DNA of 54,177 bases from assembly GCA_002281815.1 (NCBI GenBank), contig NCHI01000001.1, positions 1 through 54,177 on the forward strand. The letters are read 5' to 3'. Source of the DNA: Methylotenera sp. 24-45-7. Its GTDB lineage: Bacteria; Pseudomonadota; Gammaproteobacteria; Burkholderiales; Methylophilaceae. The translations under genes and the position numbers were made by a program. The notes below the pieces were generated by a model. The model made no database searches, was not told where the DNA came from, and saw nothing but the letters and a program-made list of their open reading frames with translations. Shown here one piece after another: positions 31,817 to 40,367 of this stretch (position 1 is the stretch's first letter; each line of letters opens with the position of its first letter).

Positions 31817-32491
31817 TTAGTGCATATATTGAGCTTCTATTGTACGGAAAATATCGCCATATAATTTATAAAATATTTTTGCACTATGAATCAGGCAGGC
31901 TTGGTCGTCTGCATTGCTGATTTGATTGACCAGACTTTCATAAAACGACACGTGACTGATATCGAGCGAGCCATGTGACAGTAAATAGCTAAAGGCTTTT
32001 TTCGGCAGGTTCAGGCTGTGCATCATGGTTTCACCGGCCTGTGTTGCTACGGCAGTGCTGGTGCCTTCAAGCACTAATACCATACCGAAAAATCCAATTG
32101 GATTTACGCGCTGTATCATGTCGTAAGCATAAGCCACCATCACTTCAGTGGCTAGACTAGCACTGCTGTTCAGCGTTTTGCTGGCTCGTACCGCTTCTTT
32201 GTCTGCGCCACAAGCTTCAATATCATTGAGCACCCATTCCTGATGTCCCATTTCTTCTTCGATGTATTCACCGATTGCGGTGCGCAGCCATTCGTAGTGA
32301 CCCGGCAAGCGACTACCGCATGCCATTAATAATGGCGTGGTGTGTTTCACATGATGGTAAGCCTGCGTTAAAAAACCAATATAAGTTTGCAGCGAAATAT
32401 TGCCTGCTGCGCCCTGCTGAATGAGCGGCAGCGCCATTAATTCATTACGCTCTTTTTCAGTTTCTTTTAACAATGTTTCATAAAAAGTCAT
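31817..32491 (-). CDS. Heme-oxygenase-like diiron oxidase/oxygenase (HDO; TenA/PqqC/CADD-like fold)
   Basis: All-helical sequence with EEEMGH, VLEG and H..LD..H candidate diiron ligands. ATGA overlap with the upstream gene. Confidence 0.8.
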   Translation of the reverse strand: MTFYETLLKETEKERNELMALPLIQQGAAGNISLQTYIGFLTQAYHHVKHTTPLLMACGSRLPGHYEWLRTAIGEYIEEEMGHQEWVLNDIEACGADKEAVRASKTLNSSASLATEVMVAYAYDMIQRVNPIGFFGMVLVLEGTSTAVATQAGETMMHSLNLPKKAFSYLLSHGSLDISHVSFYESLVNQISNADDQACLIHSAKIFYKLYGDIFRTIEAQYMH

Positions 32492-33999
32492 GCTGATTTT
32501 TCCTCATATAGTGCGTTGATCTTGTGTTGGTAATGTTGCCAAATGACGTCACGGCGGTTTCTGCCGTTGGCGGTGAGTTGTTGATTTTGGGTGTTGAAAG
32601 GTGTATCTGCACGAACCCAGCGCGCGATTCTGGCGTAGTCTGGCAGCTTGGTATTTAAGCTTTGCACTGCGGCCTCAATCAGCGTATCGCTGGCATTGGC
32701 TCTAGGTACAATGACTGCTACATTCCATGGTTTTGCTTCGCCAAATAAAGCGGCTTGTGCAATAAACGATGATATTTTCAGTTCACGCTCCACCCACTCT
32801 GGCGAAACGTTGCGCCCGAATGAGGTGATAAAAATATTTTTTTTGCGGCCGCTAATCACCAAATAACCGTTTTTATCAAAGTGGCCAATGTCGCCGGTAT
32901 ACACGCAGTTTTCTTGCATCTGGGTTTGACCCACATAGCCTAGATAAGCATTACCGTGAATCACAATTTCGTTTTCAGCGGTAAAGCCCACTTCAATATG
33001 CGGTAACGGTTTGCCTACCGTTCCCGGCTGGTTGTGCCCGGCAAAATTAAGCGCAACCACCGAAGCACATTCTGATAAGCCGTAACCTTCAAAGACTGGT
33101 AAGCCAAGTTGCTGCGCACGTTGCAGTAACACTGGTGATACCGAGGCGCCGCCCACCGCTAAAAAGCGCAAAGCTTGCGGTACTGATTCACCTGCTTCTA
33201 AACACAGTACCAATGCGTGCAGCAGCTCCGGCGTGAAAATTGCTGTGTTGGCTTGCGTGGTGTGCAGCGTGTTTAGCAGTTGCCTAATGTTGAGCCCGCT
33301 GGCGCCAGTTAAGCCTATTTGCGCGTTCGGCAGCAATACGCAGCTGGCGCCGACAAGCAGCGTGGCATATACCCCCGCCACATTTTCTAAAAGCGTGGCT
33401 AAGGGCAACACGCTTAAATGCATATGGTTATTTTTAAGCGCAGTTGCTTGGGCAATAGATTTGGCAACGTTGAGCATATTGTCATTGCTGAGACACACGC
33501 CTTTCGGGCTGCCGGTTGTGCCTGAGGTATAGGTGATTTTTGCAGTGTTGGCTGGTAAGGCTACAGACTTGATATCGCGCAGTGTAAATTGCGTAAGCAT
33601 TTTTCCAGCCACGGTAAATTCGCTGCGGCTTGCAATTTGGTCAGCAAGTAGTGGCGCGAATAGCTGCGGCTGATCGGTCACCAGTACGCTTACCCCGGCA
33701 TCATGCATAGCATGCAGCCATTGTGCAGGTGAAAAAAACAAGGGTAGCGGCACCAGCGGCATGTTGCAACGCATGGCCGCCAAATCCAAAATCATCCAGG
33801 CGGGACTGTTTTCAACAGCCAGTGCTAATGTGGGTGCTGAATTTTTATTGAGTGCGACCCAAGCTGCAACTTGCGCATCGATTGCGGTGTTTAACTCCGC
33901 ATAACTCAGTGTCAGGTCTGCGCCACGCAAAGCAACAAGATTAGGTGCGTGCTGTTTAATCGCCTGTAACAGCAGGTTGTTGCCTAGCTCGGTAGTCAA
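32488..33999 (-). CDS. AMP-binding (ANL superfamily) enzyme, acyl-CoA ligase-like
   Basis: ITYTSGTTGSPKG, EGYGLSE, TGD and GRKKN. The A10 region reads LTANGRNRR. Confidence 0.9.
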   Translation of the reverse strand: MTTELGNNLLLQAIKQHAPNLVALRGADLTLSYAELNTAIDAQVAAWVALNKNSAPTLALAVENSPAWMILDLAAMRCNMPLVPLPLFFSPAQWLHAMHDAGVSVLVTDQPQLFAPLLADQIASRSEFTVAGKMLTQFTLRDIKSVALPANTAKITYTSGTTGSPKGVCLSNDNMLNVAKSIAQATALKNNHMHLSVLPLATLLENVAGVYATLLVGASCVLLPNAQIGLTGASGLNIRQLLNTLHTTQANTAIFTPELLHALVLCLEAGESVPQALRFLAVGGASVSPVLLQRAQQLGLPVFEGYGLSECASVVALNFAGHNQPGTVGKPLPHIEVGFTAENEIVIHGNAYLGYVGQTQMQENCVYTGDIGHFDKNGYLVISGRKKNIFITSFGRNVSPEWVERELKISSFIAQAALFGEAKPWNVAVIVPRANASDTLIEAAVQSLNTKLPDYARIARWVRADTPFNTQNQQLTANGRNRRDVIWQHYQHKINALYEEKSA

Positions 34000-34706
34000 A
34001 CTGTCGTCACTCCACGAATCGCCACCACTTGTGGCAGATGATGGTAATAACTTCCCCAGCTAGCGCGCTCAATGGGGTCTAGACGCACCGGATCTGCCGC
34101 TTGTAGAGCATAAACATCGCGCCCACCTTTGATTAAGCCATTTTGTAAGCTGTGGTGCGCCGTGGCCACACCCCATTTTATGCCTAAATCTAAACTATGC
34201 TGAATGACATGTGCGATTAACACGCCAGCATTGCGTGGGTTAGATACGGCCAAATTGCCTATTTCAGTAATTTGGTCACGCGTGATGGGTATACCAAAGC
34301 GATTGGACAGCATGGTTTCAATCGGCGCATCTAAATATTGCTCTAAAAACAGCGCTGACTCGCTGGCTTTGCGCAAACCAAAAGCCGCTACCAACTCACC
34401 ATTTTCATCGCGTAATGCAATCAAGTCCGGCATGAAGTGCTGCACATTGGCGCCATAAGTTTTGGCAAACACATCATGAATGAATTGTTCAATTTCGCGA
34501 CGGTCTGCCGCTTGTGCATTAGAAGTCGTTACCATAATATTTTCTGCGCGCTGCCTTTTTGAAACTGCGAGCGGTCTAGTTTTATAAGCGGCTTCAGCAT
34601 TGAAAACGGCAGGGCTGTTGCCTGCGGCCACAAAAGCCGCGTTTAAGTATGTTGAGCCTAAATATGGCGACTGTAAATATGTTGGGTTTTGCATGGTGTA
34701 TTCCAC
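33996..34706 (-). CDS. 'Thermostable hemolysin' family protein (Vibrio delta-VPH-like; probably a GNAT-like enzyme)
   Basis: FLEQYLD.PIE, EIGNLA and WGSYY motifs; no signal peptide. 4-nt overlap with the AMP-binding gene. Confidence 0.8.
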   Translation of the reverse strand: MEYTMQNPTYLQSPYLGSTYLNAAFVAAGNSPAVFNAEAAYKTRPLAVSKRQRAENIMVTTSNAQAADRREIEQFIHDVFAKTYGANVQHFMPDLIALRDENGELVAAFGLRKASESALFLEQYLDAPIETMLSNRFGIPITRDQITEIGNLAVSNPRNAGVLIAHVIQHSLDLGIKWGVATAHHSLQNGLIKGGRDVYALQAADPVRLDPIERASWGSYYHHLPQVVAIRGVTTV

Positions 34707-34729
34707 TGTTAAAACAATGATTACATCTG

Positions 34730-34746
34730 TGCAAGTAGCATGCCTA
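34730..34746 (-). promoter_or_regulatory. sigma54 (-24/-12) promoter for the hemolysin-AMP-HDO-SDR operon
   Basis: Minus strand TAGGCATGCTACTTGCA = GG-N10-GC, about 25-35 nt before the candidate starts. Confidence 0.75.
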
Positions 34747-34798
34747 CTGTAGTTAAAACGTCGCCAGTATGAATGTCGAATTCTGAAAAATATTTAAA

Positions 34799-34811
34799 AA
34801 TCAATAGCTTA
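34799..34811. promoter_or_regulatory. IHF binding site
   Basis: AATCAATAGCTTA matches WATCAANNNNTTR exactly, with an A/T tract upstream. It lies between the promoter and the enhancer-like boxes. Confidence 0.65.
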
Positions 34812-34880
34812 ACAACTTATCTATGCGCCTTTATCGCAAACTTGATAACGCATCTTGTCAGTCAGCTCACATCTAGACCC

Positions 34881-34936
34881 TGCAAAACCTGTATTAATTC
34901 ACTGCTATTTCTGCTTTAAACCCTGCAAATTTTGTA
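34881..34936. promoter_or_regulatory. Three phased enhancer-like boxes (TGCW-N5-TGYW)
   Basis: TGCAAAACCTGTA (34881), TGCTATTTCTGCT (34903) and TGCAAATTTTGTA (34924), spaced 22 and 21 bp. Confidence 0.55.
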
Positions 34937-34990
34937 TGGTGCAAATGTGCTGCCTTACAAAAATCAAAGCTAAAACAAGCGCTTATCTTG

Positions 34991-35007
34991 TTGGCATGCT
35001 GTTTGCC
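34991..35007 (+). promoter_or_regulatory. sigma54 (-24/-12) promoter for the LTA-synthase-family gene
   Basis: TTGGCATGCTGTTTGCC: GG at 34993-94, GC at 35005-06, N10 spacing. Confidence 0.78.
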
Positions 35008-35045
35008 ATGGATAACGCTTAAGTTTAATTAGAAAAGAAAAAACG

Positions 35046-36992
35046 ATGCAAAATACCAAACAAGCCTCAGCGCGCCCTAGTGCTTATTATGTAACGCTAG
35101 CTGGATTAGCTTTGGGGGTGTGGTTAATACTCAGGTTTGTACTTAGCTTGCAAGTGGGTTGGGGGCAAATGCAGTGGTCAGAACTTGCAGGGGTGTTTGC
35201 CGTGGGTTTGTGGCTAGATGTTGCCGCTTTGGCCTATTTGCTGGCACCGGTACTTTTGTGCTCGGCGCTAATACCAGCCAAGCTGGCCAATGCCAGCTGG
35301 TTTAACAAAGCGCGTTGGGTGACACTTTTTATAGCGATGTTTGCACTGGTGTTTGGCGCAGTTTCTGAATTTATCTTTTGGCAGGAATTCAGCACGCGCT
35401 TTAATTTTATTGCGGTTGATTATCTGGTGTATACGCACGAAGTGATCGGCAATATCCGCGAGTCGTATCCAGTGCCTTTTATCGTGTTGGCGATTGCTGT
35501 CCTAGTGACGCTAATTTTGTATTTTGTAAGCTGGTTTGTGCATTTTTCAAACGCTACACCTGCCACCAGCAAACGCAGTCTGTTATTTGCAGCAGCGTTT
35601 TTATTGCCGTTGTTAAGCTACCAATTGGCAAATGTGGACCAAATGCAGTTTAGTAAAAACACCTATGCCAATGAGTTGGCAGGCAATGGTCTGTTTAGTT
35701 TTGCGGCGGCCGCGCGACGCAATGAGCTGGATTACGATGCATTTTATAAAACCCTCCCCCAAGCCCAAGCCGACAAAGTATTGCAGCGGTTAGGTGTGGT
35801 CAGGCGCCCGTCATCTGCACTTCTCAGCGCTGAGCCGCATGCGAGTGCGGCATCTGATTTAGCGCCCTTTAAACGCAGACCCAAAAATGTAGTATTGATT
35901 ATGGTAGAAAGCTTGTCGGCAGATTATTTGGCTAGATATGGCAATCAAGAAAATTTAACTCCGTATCTGGATAAATTAGCAAAACAGAGCTTGGTGTTCG
36001 ACCATGCCTATGCAACCGGTACGCGTACGGTGCGTGGTTTGGATGCGCTTTCAATCGCCATTCCGCCGATTCCTGGCCAAGCGGTGGTGCACAGGCCTGA
36101 TACTGAACATCTTGCAACTTTGGGCGAATTTCTCGAGGCGCAAACCTACAGCACATTTTTTATTTATGGTGGTTACGGTGTTTTTGACAGCATGAACACG
36201 TATTTTAGAGGCAATGATTACAAAGTTGTGGATCGTACCGATTTTGATAAAACTACCATTCAATCTGAAAACGTGTGGGGCGTGGATGATGAAAGCCTGT
36301 TTAATAATTCTTTGCAAATCATCGATGCCAACGTGAAACCAGGCCAACCTTTCTTTGCGCACATCATGACCACCTCTAATCACCGACCTTATACTTTCCC
36401 TGTGGGTAAAATAGATCTACCGCTAGGCCACCGTGAAGGTGCGGTGAAATATACCGATTATGCGATTGGTCAGCTGATTGAGCAGGCGAAAACCAAGCCG
36501 TGGTTTAAGGATACTTTGTTCGTGATAGTGGCAGACCACTGCTCGTCAGCTGCCGGTAAAACCAAATTGCCAGTCGACAAATATCACATTCCATTATTTT
36601 TCTATGCGCCGGATTTACTACCAGCTGGGCATAACTCACGCATGGTGAGCCAGATTGATATTGCGCCAACCTTACTGGATATTTTGGGCGCCAAGGGCAG
36701 CCAGCATTTCTTTGGGCAATCTATTTTTGAAGCTGAGCGCAAGCAACTGCCACAACGTGTATTTATTAGTAATTATCAGGAGTTGGGCTATTACAAAGAC
36801 AATACGCTGATTGTGCTTTCGCCTAAGAAAAAAGCGCAGGCTTATGCGGTAGATGCCGCCAGTTTGCAATCTACACCAACGGCAATGAAGCCTGAAATAT
36901 TAAATGAAGCGATTGCTTACTATCAAACCGCAGCACGCGCTTATAAACAAGGTGATTTAAAAGAACATAAAAATGCCTACTGGCAGCACTGA
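35046..36992 (+). CDS. LTA synthase family (LtaS/OpgB-like) membrane phosphoester transferase/sulfatase
   Basis: Five N-terminal TM helices; NVVLIMVES, catalytic Thr in GTRTVRG, WGV.D, TTSNHRPY and VADH. Confidence 0.88.
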   Translation: MQNTKQASARPSAYYVTLAGLALGVWLILRFVLSLQVGWGQMQWSELAGVFAVGLWLDVAALAYLLAPVLLCSALIPAKLANASWFNKARWVTLFIAMFALVFGAVSEFIFWQEFSTRFNFIAVDYLVYTHEVIGNIRESYPVPFIVLAIAVLVTLILYFVSWFVHFSNATPATSKRSLLFAAAFLLPLLSYQLANVDQMQFSKNTYANELAGNGLFSFAAAARRNELDYDAFYKTLPQAQADKVLQRLGVVRRPSSALLSAEPHASAASDLAPFKRRPKNVVLIMVESLSADYLARYGNQENLTPYLDKLAKQSLVFDHAYATGTRTVRGLDALSIAIPPIPGQAVVHRPDTEHLATLGEFLEAQTYSTFFIYGGYGVFDSMNTYFRGNDYKVVDRTDFDKTTIQSENVWGVDDESLFNNSLQIIDANVKPGQPFFAHIMTTSNHRPYTFPVGKIDLPLGHREGAVKYTDYAIGQLIEQAKTKPWFKDTLFVIVADHCSSAAGKTKLPVDKYHIPLFFYAPDLLPAGHNSRMVSQIDIAPTLLDILGAKGSQHFFGQSIFEAERKQLPQRVFISNYQELGYYKDNTLIVLSPKKKAQAYAVDAASLQSTPTAMKPEILNEAIAYYQTAARAYKQGDLKEHKNAYWQH

Positions 36993-37006
36993 TTAATTGT
37001 TGGTGC

Positions 37007-37507
37007 TCAGGGTTGGCAGTCAAAGTCAGGCTTGCTGGTGCTCACTGTGTTTTGCTCTATCCATAATAGTGGCTTTACCCTGTCATCAAGCTCACAGATG
37101 CTGATGTAGCCGATAGCGCCCTTAGTGGCGCTTACATAACGCAAAACAGCCTCTTCGGATTGCACGCTGTATGGTGGTTTAGTGCCGTGAAAATACAAGC
37201 CGTTCCAATAATCAGCTTGCTCGCTAGGCATGCTACCCAGTATGGTTTTGGAAAAAGCGATACGCAGCGGATGCTCGGCATGCAAGTTCACTGGATGTAT
37301 ACGCACGCCAGTTTGCCAATATTGTTTTTTTCGCCAGAAAATTTGCCCAAGCTCGCGTGCTGCTAGTTGTTGCACCACGGCAAGTTCCGGTTTATTAGAG
37401 ACGATTACTGCCAGCGGTGGCGTTTCTTCTGCATGCGCAGTCAATGTTAGGGCGCATAGCAAGCCTATGCAAAGCACCGTCCATCGGTGTGTGCGTAACT
37501 GAGCCAT
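37007..37507 (-). CDS. Small periplasmic protein, single-domain PBP/phosphate-binding-like
   Basis: Signal peptide ending AHA; VIV.N, L..IF..K...W, F...IL and V..T.GAIGY pattern. 1-nt overlap with the porin gene stop. Confidence 0.7.
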   Translation of the reverse strand: MAQLRTHRWTVLCIGLLCALTLTAHAEETPPLAVIVSNKPELAVVQQLAARELGQIFWRKKQYWQTGVRIHPVNLHAEHPLRIAFSKTILGSMPSEQADYWNGLYFHGTKPPYSVQSEEAVLRYVSATKGAIGYISICELDDRVKPLLWIEQNTVSTSKPDFDCQP

Positions 37508-38574
37508 TAAAACAGCACCGCGAATGAAGCAATGAAACCACGTGGCGTGTCGGCAAAGTCAGCACTGCCACCCACAAATTCCATTTTAAGCAGTTGCGTA
37601 GGCGCAACGCGTTTGGTAACCCCCATTACCCAGCGCTCGCCCGAGACTTCTTGCGGGCGCTGAAACGTTTCTAGTCGTGTCAGCCAATACCAATTATTAC
37701 CCAATGGCGCGGCACTCTGTAAAAAAGCACCGCTACCGCCGTTGCCGCCATTGTTGGTATAGCGCTGAAAGCCTTCACCGCTTAACTCCCAACCGTTGAT
37801 ATGGGTAATGAAATCCAAACCAAGCAAGCGGTAGTCAGGGTTACCCGGCCTATCTTCTGTCATGGTGGCAAGGCTTAAACCTACATTAAAGCGGTTGCCT
37901 AATCTGAATTGTGCACCAGCGACATCTTTGTAAATAATTTCGTTATTGTCGCGCACCTGATCTTTCAGCGCTTCAACATACACCGAGTATTCAAGCGTTT
38001 GCTCACCCGCGCCAAGTTGTAGCGGTGTGGCGCCAAACATCATCAAGCCATTGATGCCATTGGGGAATAAGTAGCTTGTGGCCAAAGGTCGTGTTGCAGT
38101 CCAAACCAAGGGGGGTGCATGCAACAGATTCCAGCGGCCGGCTGGGGTAAGGAAGCGGCCACTGCGAATATTGAGTTTGTCGGAGTGGTTATAGTCGAGA
38201 TAGAGCCGCTCTAAATCTAAATAACTATTTTTGCTGTCGAAACGTTTGTTTTCGTTCCAGCTGATGGGGCGCTCTAGTTCCAGTTCGCCAAAAAATTTGA
38301 AGCGACCATCGTTTTCCCAACTTAACAATAAGCTGATTTCATTTAAGTTGAAATCAGTGCTACCGTTACGCGGTGCAACAACGCTGGCGCTGGAATAGCC
38401 GCCAAGTTTAAAGTTTGAGGCTTCCTCGCTTGGTTCATCTGCATGCGCAATGTTGCATAGCGCTAGCAGCAGGGCTACACTGAACAGATACACCGTAGCC
38501 TTGGCTGTGCATTGATGAACGCAGTTTAGGCGAATGCAAGTATCCTTAACTTTTTGATAGATCATGATGCACAT
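37507..38574 (-). CDS. Putative outer-membrane beta-barrel (porin-like)
   Basis: Signal peptide ending AHA, LERLYLDY and GRFLTP.G motifs, amphipathic strands, C-terminal Phe (FAVLF). Start uncertain. Confidence 0.7.
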   Translation of the reverse strand: MCIMIYQKVKDTCIRLNCVHQCTAKATVYLFSVALLLALCNIAHADEPSEEASNFKLGGYSSASVVAPRNGSTDFNLNEISLLLSWENDGRFKFFGELELERPISWNENKRFDSKNSYLDLERLYLDYNHSDKLNIRSGRFLTPAGRWNLLHAPPLVWTATRPLATSYLFPNGINGLMMFGATPLQLGAGEQTLEYSVYVEALKDQVRDNNEIIYKDVAGAQFRLGNRFNVGLSLATMTEDRPGNPDYRLLGLDFITHINGWELSGEGFQRYTNNGGNGGSGAFLQSAAPLGNNWYWLTRLETFQRPQEVSGERWVMGVTKRVAPTQLLKMEFVGGSADFADTPRGFIASFAVLF

Positions 38575-38623
38575 TTGCTACAAATGATAATGACAGAATT
38601 GTACACGATAGCGCTGCAAGACC

Positions 38624-40330
38624 ATGCCAACTAAAGCATTGTCGGTTAAGCAGATATTGCTGATAGGTTATTTATTAACCGCGCTATTACCGATGCTGGT
38701 AATGACTCTGCTCGCGTTTTATCAGGCACGCACTGTGTTGCGCGACGAAATTTCACATGACATGCAAACTCGCGCTAACGCTGCCTTGAGTGAAGTAGAC
38801 CGTATGATGTTTGAGCGCTTGCAGAATGTGGCGTCTTGGAGTCGTTTGGAAGTCATGAATGAAGCGCGTATTGGCGACATTGATAAGCGCCTTTCGTATT
38901 TTTTGGCAGATCTAAAACAAAGTTACCGTGGTGTTTACCATGCGCTGTATGTGGTGAGTGCGGATAATCGCATTGTTGCTTCTAGTAACCCAGCGCAAAT
39001 TGGCGAGCTAGCCCCCAATATAAAGCCATGGTTGAACATGCAGCTGGCACGCCAGCCGCTTGTGTTGGGTAGCATCAATGCGCAAGGCTTGCCTATTTCC
39101 AGTGAAATATTAGATACAGATAATCATAAAATAGCCACGCTATGGGCAGTATTTGATTGGGCAGAGATTGAGAAAATCTTGAACAACACGCAAAGCCAGG
39201 GTAGCGCCGCTGCATTGTTAGATAGCCAAGGCAAGGCGCTGGCACAAACAGCACAATGGGCGCAGATAAAAGCGCAACATGATGTTTCAGTCACATCTAA
39301 TGGCAATCTGCGCGCGATAGGTGCTGGTTTTAACTGGCAGGTAGAAATTTCACAAACTCGTGCTGTGGTGATGGCGCCTGTGCATCGCATGGGCTATATG
39401 TTTTTGTTGTTACTGGTGGCAACAGCAATACTCGCCACCATACTGGCAGCACCACTATCGCGCTTTATTACCAAGCCGCTAGCTAGGCTCACTGACTATG
39501 CGAATCGTTTCATGCGCTCATCGATGCAAGGCGCCATGCCCAGCCCCGATGGCCCTAGTGAAGTACGTGAAATGACGCATGCTTTTGACAAAATGATGGC
39601 GGATTTGAATTTATCTAAAGAGAACCTGACGCGTGCAGCCAAGCTTGCAGTTGCGGGTGAAATGGCAGCGGCCATGAGCCACGAAATCAGAACGCCACTG
39701 GGCATATTGCGCTCTTCTGCCCAAGTGTTGTCGCGTGAAAAAAACCTCAGTGCCGAAGGCCAAGAAGTCGCTAGTTTTATTACTACCGAGACTGAGCGTC
39801 TGAATAAACTGGTATCAACGCTGGTAGATTCCGCACGCCCGCGGCAGCCAGAATTTGCAATGCAGGATTTAACTGCATTATTAGAAAACGCAGTAGCGAT
39901 GCTGCGCATGCAGGCCAGTAAAAAAGACATTAATTTAGAGTTTATGCTGCATAGTTTAAACACTGACGCCGCAAGCAAGACGGTATTAGTTGAGTGTGAC
40001 GGTGAGCAAATTACGCAAGTGGTGTTGAATTTATTACTGAATGCGATTCAAGTGCTAGAACAAGGCCGCAAGGTGACGGTCTCTTTGTTTGAGCATGCTG
40101 ATACAGTGCTTATTAGCGTGGCAGATAACGGCAGCGGGGTGGATGATGCGCTGAAAGAGCAGATATTTGACCCGTTTTTTACGCAGCGCAAGGGCGGCAT
40201 CGGTTTAGGTCTGGCCGTGTCTAAGCAGATAGTGATGGCGCACTTTGGCGTGCTGACAGTAGAAAAAAATCAAGCGGCTGAAACGGGTGCCGATTTTAGG
40301 GTGAAATTGCCTAAGCGGCAGATTCATTAA
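38624..40330 (+). CDS. Sensor histidine kinase (periplasmic Cache-like sensor, HAMP, HisKA, HATPase)
   Basis: Two TM helices, SHEIRTPL H-box, NLLLNA, DNGSG, FDPFFT and GIGLGL. Confidence 0.93.
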   Translation: MPTKALSVKQILLIGYLLTALLPMLVMTLLAFYQARTVLRDEISHDMQTRANAALSEVDRMMFERLQNVASWSRLEVMNEARIGDIDKRLSYFLADLKQSYRGVYHALYVVSADNRIVASSNPAQIGELAPNIKPWLNMQLARQPLVLGSINAQGLPISSEILDTDNHKIATLWAVFDWAEIEKILNNTQSQGSAAALLDSQGKALAQTAQWAQIKAQHDVSVTSNGNLRAIGAGFNWQVEISQTRAVVMAPVHRMGYMFLLLLVATAILATILAAPLSRFITKPLARLTDYANRFMRSSMQGAMPSPDGPSEVREMTHAFDKMMADLNLSKENLTRAAKLAVAGEMAAAMSHEIRTPLGILRSSAQVLSREKNLSAEGQEVASFITTETERLNKLVSTLVDSARPRQPEFAMQDLTALLENAVAMLRMQASKKDINLEFMLHSLNTDAASKTVLVECDGEQITQVVLNLLLNAIQVLEQGRKVTVSLFEHADTVLISVADNGSGVDDALKEQIFDPFFTQRKGGIGLGLAVSKQIVMAHFGVLTVEKNQAAETGADFRVKLPKRQIH

Positions 40331-40367
40331 TTGAATTTAAAATTATTCATGCGGTTAAATTAACACC

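Noticed and set aside
31817-32491. HDO gene as thiamine-salvage TenA because it lies near thiC
   Set aside because: It sits upstream of the TPP riboswitch, so it is outside riboswitch control. It is coupled to the AMP-binding gene and has a diiron-type ligand pattern. Not fully excluded without a phylogeny.
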